The notes below the pieces were generated by a model that was given only the letters and a program-made list of their open reading frames with translations, searched no databases and was not told the origin of the DNA. Made by a program: the position numbers and the translations under genes. From assembly GCA_017503165.1 (NCBI GenBank), contig JAFVTO010000151.1, positions 1 through 47,475 of the forward strand: a stretch of DNA of 47,475 bases, given 5' to 3'. This DNA comes from Clostridia bacterium. GTDB lineage: Bacteria > Bacillota > Clostridia > Oscillospirales > CAG-272. Below, piece by piece: positions 1 through 7,973 of the stretch. Each line of letters opens with the position of its first letter. Position 1 is the first letter of the stretch.

Positions 1-8
1 GTGGTAGG

Positions 9-57
9 ACAGATGAGGAATAATTTCTCACAGACAGATGAGAAATAATTTCTCACA
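9..57. repeat. Two tandem 24-nt direct repeats, each containing a 15-bp palindrome (operator-like)
   Basis: Repeat 1 is 9-32, ACAGATGAGGAATAATTTCTCACA. Repeat 2 is 34-57, ACAGATGAGAAATAATTTCTCACA. They differ by 1 mismatch and have a 25-bp period. The internal inverted repeat GAGRAAT-A-ATTTCTC lies at 15-29 (1 mismatch) and 40-54 (perfect 7-bp arms). The array ends 5 bp before the -35 box. Confidence 0.8.
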
Positions 58-62
58 AGCTC

Positions 63-91
63 TTGACATTATGCCGTTTTTGTGGTACAAT
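63..91 (+). promoter_or_regulatory. Near-consensus sigma-70/SigA promoter with an extended -10
   Basis: TTGACA at 63-68, a 17-nt spacer, and TACAAT at 86-91. TG at 83-84 gives a TGnTACAAT extended -10. Confidence 0.7.
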
Positions 92-97
92 ACTATC

Positions 98-176
98 GTA
101 GGTAGCGTGGAAGCACTAAGCTTCAATGAATGGGCGGGATTTTCCTTAGCCCGTGGGTCGCTACCTTTTATTTTTT
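98..176 (+). ncRNA. Candidate small structured RNA of about 80 nt; family not recognised
   Basis: Predicted to start about 7 nt after the -10 box. A closing 7-bp stem pairs GGTAGCG (101-107) with CGCTACC (159-165). It encloses two hairpins: GAAGC/GCTTC (110-114/120-124) and GCGGG/CCCGT (134-138/150-154). The closing stem is followed directly by TTTTATTTTTT (166-176), which fits an intrinsic terminator. No ORF fits. The RNA is convergent with ORF 168-458 and overlaps its stop codon. Confidence 0.35.
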
Positions 177-458
177 GTGATATTTCCAAGGTAGTTTATT
201 ACCAAAGTATTTTTTCTCATCATTACGAACCCGTTTAGCTATATACATTGGCTTAGGATCTCCCGGCTTAGGATTAGGAATAACTTTTTCATTCAAATGC
301 CTACCATCCCGTTCACCATGCATTACTTTACGATATTTATAGTGGTCTTTTTCATTAACTTTCATTTCTCCGACAATTAAAGCCGGATGTCCGGATTTCT
401 TATAATATCGAAAGTGAGGAAATAACTCCCGAAAAACACTTGTTTTTTTCTTTCCCAT
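168..458 (-). CDS. Small, very basic hypothetical protein (96 aa)
   Basis: ORF of 96 aa rich in Lys, Arg and His, with no TM segment. It loosely resembles small conserved proteins I associate with Firmicute plasmids and ICEs (a GHPALIV...NPKPGDPKPMYI pattern), but I cannot name a family. Confidence 0.5.
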   Translation of the reverse strand: MGKKKTSVFRELFPHFRYYKKSGHPALIVGEMKVNEKDHYKYRKVMHGERDGRHLNEKVIPNPKPGDPKPMYIAKRVRNDEKKYFGNKLPWKYHKK

Positions 459-501
459 ATTTTCCTATCCGAGCAGCTCAGACTGCTCTTTTTTATTTGC
501 T

Positions 502-1044
502 TTACGGTTGACTCTTTTGTCGCAGCACATCTATCGGAGAACAGTATGCGGATATGGTAAGCTGATTGCTTAAATGCAGGTACTTCTTCACCATGTCGAG
601 CGTAGTATGACCGAGGATCCGCTGCAACGTGTAAACGTCTCCACCGTTCCCAAGATATTTTGTTGCAAACGTATGCCGTAGGAGATGTGGATGCAAACGT
701 GGAATACCGGAACGCTCCTTCAGACGTCGGAACACGTCCTTGAGGGTGGTATCAATCATAGGCTCACCGTCAACGGTTACGAAAAACGACGCAATCGGCG
801 GACACCATGATTTCCGGGCATCATCGTAAGCTCTGAGCGTCCGGGCGGTGAAGTCTCCGAAAGGAACGATCCGCTGCTTGTCACCCTTGCCGGTAACAAT
901 CAGGTATCGCTCATCAAGATGCACGTGCTTACGCTCAAGCGTGACGATCTCGTGCAGTCTGAGTCCGGAGTCAACCATCAACGTGCAGACGGTGTAATCC
1001 CGGAGCCCGTTAAAGGTAGACGGTCCGTTTTTATTTTTCGACAT
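502..1044 (-). CDS. Tyrosine recombinase/integrase with catalytic domain only; probably 5'-truncated
   Basis: The catalytic signature is visible: Arg in GLRLHEI, GKGDKQRIVP, HLLRHTFAT (HxxR), and LGHTTL...KKYLHL (His and Tyr). At 180 aa it lacks the N-terminal core-binding domain. Only about 100 nt separate its ATG from spoIIAA. Confidence 0.75.
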   Translation of the reverse strand: MSKNKNGPSTFNGLRDYTVCTLMVDSGLRLHEIVTLERKHVHLDERYLIVTGKGDKQRIVPFGDFTARTLRAYDDARKSWCPPIASFFVTVDGEPMIDTTLKDVFRRLKERSGIPRLHPHLLRHTFATKYLGNGGDVYTLQRILGHTTLDMVKKYLHLSNQLTISAYCSPIDVLRQKSQP

Positions 1045-1049
1045 CGACA
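1037..1049. promoter_or_regulatory. Candidate Spo0A boxes upstream of spoIIA
   Basis: TTCGACA at 1037-1043 is the reverse complement of the 0A-box consensus TGTCGAA. It is directly followed by TCGACA at 1044-1049. The site lies about 100 nt upstream of the spoIIAA ATG. I could not find a clear SigH -10/-35. Confidence 0.25.
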
Positions 1050-1146
1050 GATTATGACACTGTTTTCAAATCCCATCGCATATAATTATAATCACAGTAA
1101 AACACGGGACTAAAAAGAAAATCTCAGAAGTGAAAGGAAAAAAACA

Positions 1147-1485
1147 ATGAACGTGCTGACCGCTATATATAACTACTCAGACGGCATACTTACCGTCAAG
1201 CTGAACGGCGAGATAGATCACCATTCAGTCCGCGATATAAGAGTGGAAATAGACCGCCAGATCTGCTTTTACCGCGCCCGCGAGGTACTTTTAGACCTGG
1301 AAGCGGTCAGCTTTATGGATAGCTCGGGTTTAGGTCTGATCTTAGGGAGATACACGCGCGTAAAGGAAAACGGCGGAACGCTCAAGGTTCAAAACCCCGG
1401 TGCCGCCGCTCAAAGGGTGCTTCGCCTTGCGGGAACGGATAAAATAATCCCGGTTGTATTCAACCGGGACGAACACAACAGCTGA
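1147..1485 (+). CDS. spoIIAA: Anti-sigma-F factor antagonist SpoIIAA (STAS domain)
   Basis: 112 aa with the STAS motif FMDSSGLGLILG and the phosphorylatable Ser context. It is the first gene of the spoIIAA-AB-sigF order. Confidence 0.92.
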   Translation: MNVLTAIYNYSDGILTVKLNGEIDHHSVRDIRVEIDRQICFYRAREVLLDLEAVSFMDSSGLGLILGRYTRVKENGGTLKVQNPGAAAQRVLRLAGTDKIIPVVFNRDEHNS

Positions 1486-1547
1486 CACACCGTATATTCA
1501 GACAGACGTTTTTAAAAAGACCAGATCAAGAAAGGAACCAACCTGAA

Positions 1548-1985
1548 ATGAAAAAGAAACTTGTAAATCAGACTGATTTTTCCTTCCTCGCCAGATCCGT
1601 AAACGAAAGCTTCGCCAGATATGCGGTGGCATCATTCTGCACTCAGCTGGATCCCACACTGGACGAGCTGTCGGATCTCCGAACGGCGGTGTCAGAAGCG
1701 GTAACCAACGCCATAATCCACGGCTACCGTGGACAGAGCCACGGCACAGTATACATAACGGTAAAGCTGTTCAGCGACCGCAGTATCATCATCAGGATAA
1801 GAGATAAGGGTTGCGGAATTCCGGACATTCGCCGCGCGATGACCCCTCTTTTCACCACAGATCCCGACGGTGAGCGTGGCGGAATGGGTTTTTCCATTAT
1901 GGAAAGCTTCACCGACGACCTCACCGTTCGTTCCTTTATCGGTAAGGGAACTACGGTTATTATGGAAAAGCGGCTGAGTAACTGA
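1548..1985 (+). CDS. spoIIAB: Anti-sigma-F factor / serine kinase SpoIIAB
   Basis: GHKL ATPase motifs are present: EAVTNAIIHGY, DKGCGIPDI and GGMGFSIMESF. It lies between spoIIAA and sigF. Confidence 0.93.
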   Translation: MKKKLVNQTDFSFLARSVNESFARYAVASFCTQLDPTLDELSDLRTAVSEAVTNAIIHGYRGQSHGTVYITVKLFSDRSIIIRIRDKGCGIPDIRRAMTPLFTTDPDGERGGMGFSIMESFTDDLTVRSFIGKGTTVIMEKRLSN

Positions 1986-2066
1986 GATCGTAACCTCCAA
2001 GGAACATTCCCCTTGACACCGCCGAGCCATCCCAAATACTGAGATCTGCTGAAAGGAGAATACATC

Positions 2067-2795
2067 ATGTCTGAAAAACAGGGCGAGCTTAACCGTGATC
2101 TACTGCTCCGACTGCGTGAAGGCGACAACTCCGCCCTTGACGAGCTTATCAATCTCAACATGGGGCTGGTCAGAAGGATCGCCGTGCACTTCGTTTCCCC
2201 CTCGACCGAGCTGGACGACCTGATGCAGATAGGAGTAATCGGCATGATAAAGGCCGCAAGAAGCTTTGATTTCTCCTTTGAAACAGTATTCTCCACCTAT
2301 GCCGTACCTATGATCACCGGTGAGATACGGCGTTTTCTGCGGGATGACGGAGCAATAAAGGTAGGCCGCGAGATAAAAGCGCGGGGAGCCAGGATCCTTG
2401 CGTGCAGAGAGGCATTTATCCAGCAGCACAGCCGTGAGCCGAGAATATCCGAAATTGCGGCTCTGCTTTCCGTCAGTGAGCAGGACGTTATATCCGCTAT
2501 GGAAGCCACCGCCGCAGTCTGCTCACTTAATGACTCCGTCATCGGAGATGACGATTCCCTCACACTCGAGGGCACCATTCCCGACAAAGAAAACCTTTTG
2601 GAGGACCTGACCGACCGTCTTGCACTTTCAGAGGCGATCCGCTCACTTCCGCCACTGTGGAGAGAGATAGTGGTGCTTCGGTACTACCGCAACCTTTCCC
2701 AATCCGAAACCGGCAAGCAGCTTGGGCTTACCCAGGTAAAGATCTCACGGGAGGAGCAAAAAATCCTTTCCACTCTCCGCGCCGTATTAGCATAA
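2067..2795 (+). CDS. sigF: Sporulation sigma factor SigF
   Basis: Sigma-70 family regions 2-4 are visible (DLMQIGVIGMIKAARSFD, STYAVPMITGEIRRFLRD, region 4 HTH). It is the third gene of the spoIIA operon. Confidence 0.93.
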   Translation: MSEKQGELNRDLLLRLREGDNSALDELINLNMGLVRRIAVHFVSPSTELDDLMQIGVIGMIKAARSFDFSFETVFSTYAVPMITGEIRRFLRDDGAIKVGREIKARGARILACREAFIQQHSREPRISEIAALLSVSEQDVISAMEATAAVCSLNDSVIGDDDSLTLEGTIPDKENLLEDLTDRLALSEAIRSLPPLWREIVVLRYYRNLSQSETGKQLGLTQVKISREEQKILSTLRAVLA

Positions 2796-2851
2796 ACTCA
2801 ATTTTTCTATTTCCGGTGTTTTGCCACAGAAAGCTATCACCAAAGTATCAA

Positions 2852-2898
2852 AAAATACCGCTCACAACATCGCAAAAGGATAGTTGGAGCGGTATTTT
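2852..2898. terminator. Bidirectional intrinsic terminator between the convergent sigF and HAD genes
   Basis: AAAATACCGCTC (2852-2863) pairs with GAGCGGTATTTT (2887-2898). An A-run lies upstream and a T-rich tail downstream. Confidence 0.6.
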
Positions 2899-2961
2899 AT
2901 TATACCTGATAATCAATTTACAGTATGCTCCGGGACATTAACCAAGCCGGAAATGCACATA

Positions 2962-3690
2962 CTACTCCAGCTCATTCAGCATTTTCAGCATATCCGTAAA
3001 GTTTCCTCGCTTACCCGGATAAGAATACCCTTCGCAAGGAATAAGACAGTCTGTAACCAAAAAGCAATCTATTCCCGCCTCGCTTGCCGCCTTAGCATCC
3101 TCGCGCTCATCGTTACCTATCATAATACATTCAGATGGCAAAACACCGATTACTTCACAAATATCAAGATAGTACTTGGGATTTGGCTTACAGTATTTCT
3201 GATTTTCATAAGCGGTTATAAAATCAAAATCAGATGCCTTCAAGCCTACCCAACCGAGCCGACTCTCCTGGCCAACTCCGGGAAATACAGGATTTGATGC
3301 AAGAACTACCCTTCTCCTTCCGTCTCCGCGCGCAGCCTTGACCGCCTCGATAGCCAGAGGATTATCTCCGCAGACTGCCTTGGCAAGATTAAATGTATCG
3401 GTATAAAACGAGTCGCACATACCCTCGATCTCAGCGCATTTTTCACTGTCCAAGCTGGTACAAAGTGCGAAATTATCCCAGAACACGCGATCGTTCGGTC
3501 TGCTTCCGTCGTTCTTAACCATAGCCTTGGTTCCGAACCAGATTGCCTCCACCAGCTTTTCCGCCGTGATATATCCGGTTGGGACCACCACCTTGCAAAG
3601 CTCTCCGAAATAACACTTCATGAACCGCCCCTGATCCATAGGTAAAAGCGTTCCGTCCAAATCAAAGAACACTGCTTTTATCTCTTTCAT
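2962..3690 (-). CDS. HAD-superfamily hydrolase
   Basis: N-terminal FFDLDGTLL (HAD motif I) and C-terminal IGNDEREDAKAASEAG (motif IV-like). Confidence 0.85.
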   Translation of the reverse strand: MKEIKAVFFDLDGTLLPMDQGRFMKCYFGELCKVVVPTGYITAEKLVEAIWFGTKAMVKNDGSRPNDRVFWDNFALCTSLDSEKCAEIEGMCDSFYTDTFNLAKAVCGDNPLAIEAVKAARGDGRRRVVLASNPVFPGVGQESRLGWVGLKASDFDFITAYENQKYCKPNPKYYLDICEVIGVLPSECIMIGNDEREDAKAASEAGIDCFLVTDCLIPCEGYSYPGKRGNFTDMLKMLNELE

Positions 3691-3724
3691 TCCACAAATC
3701 TCCGTAATTTACCCTAAGAAACAA

Positions 3725-3755
3725 CATACCCACCGTCTTTTATCTGGTGGGTATG
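3725..3755 (-). terminator. Intrinsic terminator after the trigger-factor-like gene
   Basis: CATACCCACC (3725-3734) pairs with GGTGGGTATG (3746-3755). On the minus strand it is followed by TTGTTTCTT. Confidence 0.6.
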
Positions 3756-3775
3756 TGTGATTTATTCTTTACTGA

Positions 3776-5965
3776 TCAGTCAGCCTTAACGGTGAAGTGA
3801 CCGTCGGCATCGAACACGTATGCCTTGCCGTCGATCGTCGCAGTTTGGCTTACTACCAGCTTGTAATCCTTGGAGTAGTAGTCAGCATTTCCGTCACCGT
3901 CAGCATCTATCCATCCCAGAACAGCAAGTCCGCTCTGAGAGAAGAAGTACTTATTTCCGTCAACAGTCTGAAGACCGGTCTGAGCCACGCTCTCAACGAA
4001 ATACATAAGGTTGGAGGCATCGTCGTAAACAAGACCGTTCAGCTTGGTGGTAAGCTTACCGTTAGAATCGAATACATAGGTTACGTCGCTGATCTTCTGC
4101 TCACCGGTAAGCATCTTGCCGTCCTTGGAGCTGAAGAAGTACATATCGCCACCAATGCTCTGCCATCCGAACTGACCGACACCCTCTACGAAGTAGTAGG
4201 TTCCCTCGGCAGTTTCATACTTGCCGCTGAAATCACTCTTGATCGCATAGCGAGTTTCTCCGTCTACGGTAACCTTATAGAACAGATACATCTTCTCATA
4301 AATAGCCGCGAATACGTCACCGTCTACAAACTCGCCATTCTTGGGCTCAGCCATGTAGCCATCCTTACCTCCGAAGTAGAAGGTATATCCGTCCAGCTCA
4401 TACTCACGGGTAGCGAAGGTTATAGTTCCGTCCGCCTTGGTGTAGTAGTATCTGGTTCCCTCCTCGGTGGTAACCCAGCCCATAAGATCACGCTCAAACT
4501 TACCTTCTGCAGTGAAGCGTCCGAGCATATCCTCGCCGTTCTCGTCCTTTACCATAACATCGCCGACTGCCGCATAGGTAGTCTCGAAGAAATAGTACTT
4601 GCTGCCCTCAATGGTCTGCCAACCCTTCTGTGCAACACCTGATTTGAAGTAACGGATGGTCTGACCGTTGTTGAAGAAGCCGTTGTAAACTCCGACAAAC
4701 ACACCGTCCTTGGTGAATTCATAGAACACCTGAGTGTCTCCCTCGGTCACGTAGCTTCCGTTAACTGCAAGGTAACCGGTCTTAGTGTCGAAGTAGCACT
4801 TATCTTCCTTGCCATCACCGGTTACGTCCAGATTCATCCAACCGGTCTGCATTACGTCATTGATATAATAACGGGTACCGACCTTATCCTTTACAAGGCC
4901 GTTCTTAGTAACATCATCGTTAATGGAGCCGGAGGACTTGATGTAGCCGATTATACGCTCATAATAAAGGCTCATCTCGATGGTCTCGCGGTCGTAGTCC
5001 TTAAGGAACTGTTTGTAATCTCCGGTATACTGCTCGTCCTCGCAATAGTCCTTCCAGAGCTGCTCTGCCTTTTCATTGTATTCCTTCTCAGTGAGATTCA
5101 GAATAGGAAGCGCGTCGAGCATAGAATAAACTATAAGCTCCTGCTTGACCTGGGACTGAGCCACAGAGGCGAGGTAGCTGAAGAAGGTGGAAATGTTGCT
5201 GTATCCCATATAGGAAACAACGTATGAGGTAAGAGTGACACCGAGAGAAGCGGCGGATGCAGTGTAGCTTTCCACCATTTCGTCATAATACTTTCTCAGC
5301 TCCTTCTCGGGATACTTGACTATCTTGCAATCCTCATAGAACTTTTCCCAGAACAGATTCTTCTCGATGTTTTCTCTGATAGACTCTTCAAACTCAGCGA
5401 CAGTCTTATAGTCGGTATAGGTCTCAACGTTTTTATCGTTGTATACGGGGTAAACACTGCGCTTGATGGAGTTAACGGTTACGGTAAACACAGCTTCCTT
5501 GCCGTTAAGCGCGCCCTGGGTGGTTCCCTCCGCGCCATAGTTTTCGGGGAAGGTCACTTTAACGTCAAGTGTCTCCCCTACTGCGGCACCGATAAGCCCG
5601 TCCTCAAAGCCGTCGATAAAGGTTCCGGAGCCGATGGTGAGATCGTAGCCCTTATCCTTACCGCCCTCAAATTCCTTACCGTCTACCTTGCCGACGTAGT
5701 CGATGTTAGCCACGTCACCCTTTTCAACGGCAATTCCTTCCTCTTTCTTTGAATAAGTCTTGGTCTCAACAGCATCCTTTGCCGCAGTTTCGAACTGACT
5801 CTTTATTTCTTCGCGGATGTCGGAAAGATCGATGGTGACACCGTTGTAATTGCCCAGCTTGATATACTCGTCGAACTTATAGTCATAGGGGCCCTTAGAG
5901 CAACCCGCAAACACTGTAACCAGCATACACATAGCCAGAACAAAAGATAATGCCTTGGTTTTCAT
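3776..5965 (-). CDS. Lipoprotein: trigger-factor-like FKBP PPIase plus TF C-terminal-like region plus C-terminal cell-wall-binding repeats
   Basis: Probable start is MKTKALSFVLAMCMLVTVFAGC, which carries a lipobox; the ORF track extends to 6001. The PPIase block GDVANIDYVGKVDGKEFEGGK...LTIGSGTFIDGFEDGLIGAAVGE...FPENYG matches the trigger factor FKBP domain. The C-terminal roughly 360 aa carry GWxxxxGxxYYF-type repeats. Confidence 0.85.
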   Translation of the reverse strand: MKTKALSFVLAMCMLVTVFAGCSKGPYDYKFDEYIKLGNYNGVTIDLSDIREEIKSQFETAAKDAVETKTYSKKEEGIAVEKGDVANIDYVGKVDGKEFEGGKDKGYDLTIGSGTFIDGFEDGLIGAAVGETLDVKVTFPENYGAEGTTQGALNGKEAVFTVTVNSIKRSVYPVYNDKNVETYTDYKTVAEFEESIRENIEKNLFWEKFYEDCKIVKYPEKELRKYYDEMVESYTASAASLGVTLTSYVVSYMGYSNISTFFSYLASVAQSQVKQELIVYSMLDALPILNLTEKEYNEKAEQLWKDYCEDEQYTGDYKQFLKDYDRETIEMSLYYERIIGYIKSSGSINDDVTKNGLVKDKVGTRYYINDVMQTGWMNLDVTGDGKEDKCYFDTKTGYLAVNGSYVTEGDTQVFYEFTKDGVFVGVYNGFFNNGQTIRYFKSGVAQKGWQTIEGSKYYFFETTYAAVGDVMVKDENGEDMLGRFTAEGKFERDLMGWVTTEEGTRYYYTKADGTITFATREYELDGYTFYFGGKDGYMAEPKNGEFVDGDVFAAIYEKMYLFYKVTVDGETRYAIKSDFSGKYETAEGTYYFVEGVGQFGWQSIGGDMYFFSSKDGKMLTGEQKISDVTYVFDSNGKLTTKLNGLVYDDASNLMYFVESVAQTGLQTVDGNKYFFSQSGLAVLGWIDADGDGNADYYSKDYKLVVSQTATIDGKAYVFDADGHFTVKAD

Positions 5966-6086
5966 GGTATGTATCCTTTCGTAAGATATAAATAGCTTCA
6001 TCGGTCATTATAACACAACGGAGCAAAAAAATCAATAGCTTTTTTCAATTTTTATAAAAAAACGATATTTCTTTACAAACTGCTAA

Positions 6087-7097
6087 TCATTTAGGTAACA
6101 AGTGGAATTTTTCCGTCACCTCACTTGCGGCAGAGAAAAATTCCTCTGTCAACGCCCGCACGGCAGCACCGCTCTCTGTACGGTTCAACTTATCCCTTGC
6201 TGCCGCGGCTCCGGGAAGCCCCTTCATATAGTACGCGATATGACATCTTGCCTCTCTTGCACCTATATGATCTCCCTTGAAGCCAAGCAGTAGCTCCAGA
6301 TGGGAGAGCGCAGTATCTCTTATCTCGTCAAGCGTGGGAATAAGCGCTCCGCTCCCGTCAAGCGCTCTTATCACAGACTGAAAAAGCCATGGATTTCCCA
6401 TAGCGCCCTGACCGATAGCTATCCCATCGCACCCCGTTTGCTCCAGCATTTCAACGGCATCTGCGGCTGTGTATATACCGCCGTTTGCCACAACGGGAAC
6501 CTTTACTGCATTTTTCACGTCAGCTATCACCCGTCTGTTTACAGGTGGCGCGTATAACTGCTCGCGAGTCCTTCCGTGAACGCAGATCATAGCCGCGCCG
6601 TTCTGCTCGCAGGTCTGAGCAACATAGGCCGCGTTTACAGACCTGGCGTCCCAGCCGGCCCTGATTTTCACTGTGACCGGCAGCTTTATAGCCTCGGCTG
6701 TGCGCTTTACTATTTCACCTGCCAGCTTCGGATTCCGCATAAGTGCGCAGCCCTCGCCGTTTCCCGTGATCTTCGGCATTGGACAGCCCATATTGATATC
6801 AATAGCGGCTAACGTAGGATATTTACCCTCAAGCTCTGCGGCGGCATGTGCCATTATCATCGGATCATTTCCGAAAAGCTGGATCGAGAATGGCTCCTCG
6901 TCCGCAGAAAACTGTGATAACAGAGCAGTCTTTTTATCCTTATACCAAATGGCCTTGGCAGATATCATTTCGCTTACAGTAAGCTCTGCTCCCAGCCTCA
7001 CCGCCAGAACGCGAAAGGCGCGGTCCGTAACTCCCGCCATCGGCGCCAGCATCAGACCGTGCGCAATTCTTTTATCACCAAGCATAAATCCCGCCAT
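6087..7097 (-). CDS. dusB: tRNA-dihydrouridine synthase
   Basis: Contains LAPMAGVTDRAFR and INMGCP motifs. The probable start is MAGFMLGDK at 7097, preceded by a GGAAAGGAAG RBS. The ORF track extends to 7226. Confidence 0.9.
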   Translation of the reverse strand: MAGFMLGDKRIAHGLMLAPMAGVTDRAFRVLAVRLGAELTVSEMISAKAIWYKDKKTALLSQFSADEEPFSIQLFGNDPMIMAHAAAELEGKYPTLAAIDINMGCPMPKITGNGEGCALMRNPKLAGEIVKRTAEAIKLPVTVKIRAGWDARSVNAAYVAQTCEQNGAAMICVHGRTREQLYAPPVNRRVIADVKNAVKVPVVANGGIYTAADAVEMLEQTGCDGIAIGQGAMGNPWLFQSVIRALDGSGALIPTLDEIRDTALSHLELLLGFKGDHIGAREARCHIAYYMKGLPGAAAARDKLNRTESGAAVRALTEEFFSAASEVTEKFHLLPK

Positions 7098-7256
7098 ATC
7101 AGCAGTCTTCCTTTCCCGTACCGAGTACTCCGGACCGACTCTTACCCACCGACTTTTCACCGTTGGCGTAAAACAGTCACCGTAAGGAACGCGGCACCGC
7201 AAATAACCGGGCAGCACAAAGCTCACGCTCCACTCCCTAAAACTTATTCTATCAAG

Positions 7257-7973
7257 TCAGATAGCGTATCCGCCATCCACTCCCAGTATCTGACCCGTAA
7301 CAAAGGAGGAACGCTCCGAGGCAAAAAAATCGATTGCGTTTATCACGTCGGTTGTCTCCCCCAGCCTTCCCACAGGAGTTTCATCCCGAAGCTCCGCCAA
7401 TGCTTGGTGATCAAGACAGCTGTTCATTTCGGTTGATATAACGCCCGGCTCAATACAGTTGACGGTTATTCCTGACGGGCCAAGCTCTTTAGCCAAAGAC
7501 ATGGTAAAACCTCGCAATCCGGCCTTGGATGCCGAATAATGCACCTCGCATGAGGCACCGCATTTTCCCCACTTGGAGCCGATATTTATTATCCTCCCGT
7601 AGTGCGCCTTCAGCATTTCTACAACCGCGGCGCGAGTAACGTAAAACGCACCCGAAAGATTTGTATCAAGCATTTTTCTCCAATCATCATCCGTCAAGGT
7701 ATCAAAAAGCTTTATCTGGGCTATCCCTGCGTTATTTATCAGAATATCAACGCCGCCAAGCACGGATATGCAACGCTCAGCCGCTCTTTGAGCATCCGCG
7801 GCATCGGATATATCACCCTTCACCGCAAAGGCGCCGGTTTCACGGCACAGCTTCTCTGCCGCCTCATCACTTGAACGGTATATAAACGCGACCGCGTCAC
7901 CCTTAGCGGCAAAAAACCGCACTGCCGCCGCGCCTATTCCCCGCGCTCCGCCTGTTATCAGCACTCTGTTCAT
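7257..7973 (-). CDS. SDR-family oxidoreductase (FabG-like)
   Basis: Contains TGGARGIG (Rossmann), NNAG and the YSASK catalytic motif. The probable start is MNRVLITGG at 7973. Confidence 0.88.
   Translation of the reverse strand: MNRVLITGGARGIGAAAVRFFAAKGDAVAFIYRSSDEAAEKLCRETGAFAVKGDISDAADAQRAAERCISVLGGVDILINNAGIAQIKLFDTLTDDDWRKMLDTNLSGAFYVTRAAVVEMLKAHYGRIINIGSKWGKCGASCEVHYSASKAGLRGFTMSLAKELGPSGITVNCIEPGVISTEMNSCLDHQALAELRDETPVGRLGETTDVINAIDFFASERSSFVTGQILGVDGGYAI

Larger units (their letters stand above)
1..1044. mobile_element. Probable edge or remnant of an integrated mobile element, which continues left of the window
   Basis: Contains a tyrosine-recombinase catalytic-domain ORF (502-1044), a small basic orphan ORF (168-458) and a self-contained operator/promoter/small-RNA module (9-176). 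All lie immediately upstream of the core spoIIA operon. No att repeat could be identified because the other end is outside the window. Confidence 0.4.

Noticed and set aside
101-165. A 7-bp stem closing a multi-hairpin fold that looks tRNA-like. tRNA 3' ends are common integration targets for integrase-bearing elements.
   Set aside because: It does not fit a cloverleaf. The D-arm equivalent has a 5-nt loop without GG. No anticodon stem can be formed at the right position. There is no GTTCRANYC T-loop and no discriminator or CCA context. I treat it only as a candidate sRNA.
38-238. A 66-aa plus-strand ORF at the left edge.
   Set aside because: It runs straight through the operator repeats, the promoter and the terminator hairpin. 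It has no RBS and an implausible composition.
1045-1146. I searched for a SigH-type promoter (AGGAwwT ... GAAT) for spoIIA.
   Set aside because: No convincing match was found. Only a SigA-like TATAAT (1088-1093) with a poor -35 is visible, so no promoter call is made.
1724-2296. A 190-aa minus-strand ORF across spoIIAB and sigF.
   Set aside because: It is antisense to two strongly supported sporulation genes and is Ser/Arg-rich low complexity.
3797-4642. A 281-aa plus-strand ORF.
   Set aside because: It is antisense to the well-supported trigger-factor-like/CW-repeat gene, and its composition is low-complexity and rich in Leu, Val and Ser. It is a shadow ORF.
7257-7973. I considered linking the SDR gene to the M16 pair as a ymfF-ymfH-ymfI-like EF-P modification cluster.
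   Set aside because: The SDR lies about 12 kb from the M16 genes and in a different operon context. The family assignment is too generic to support that link.
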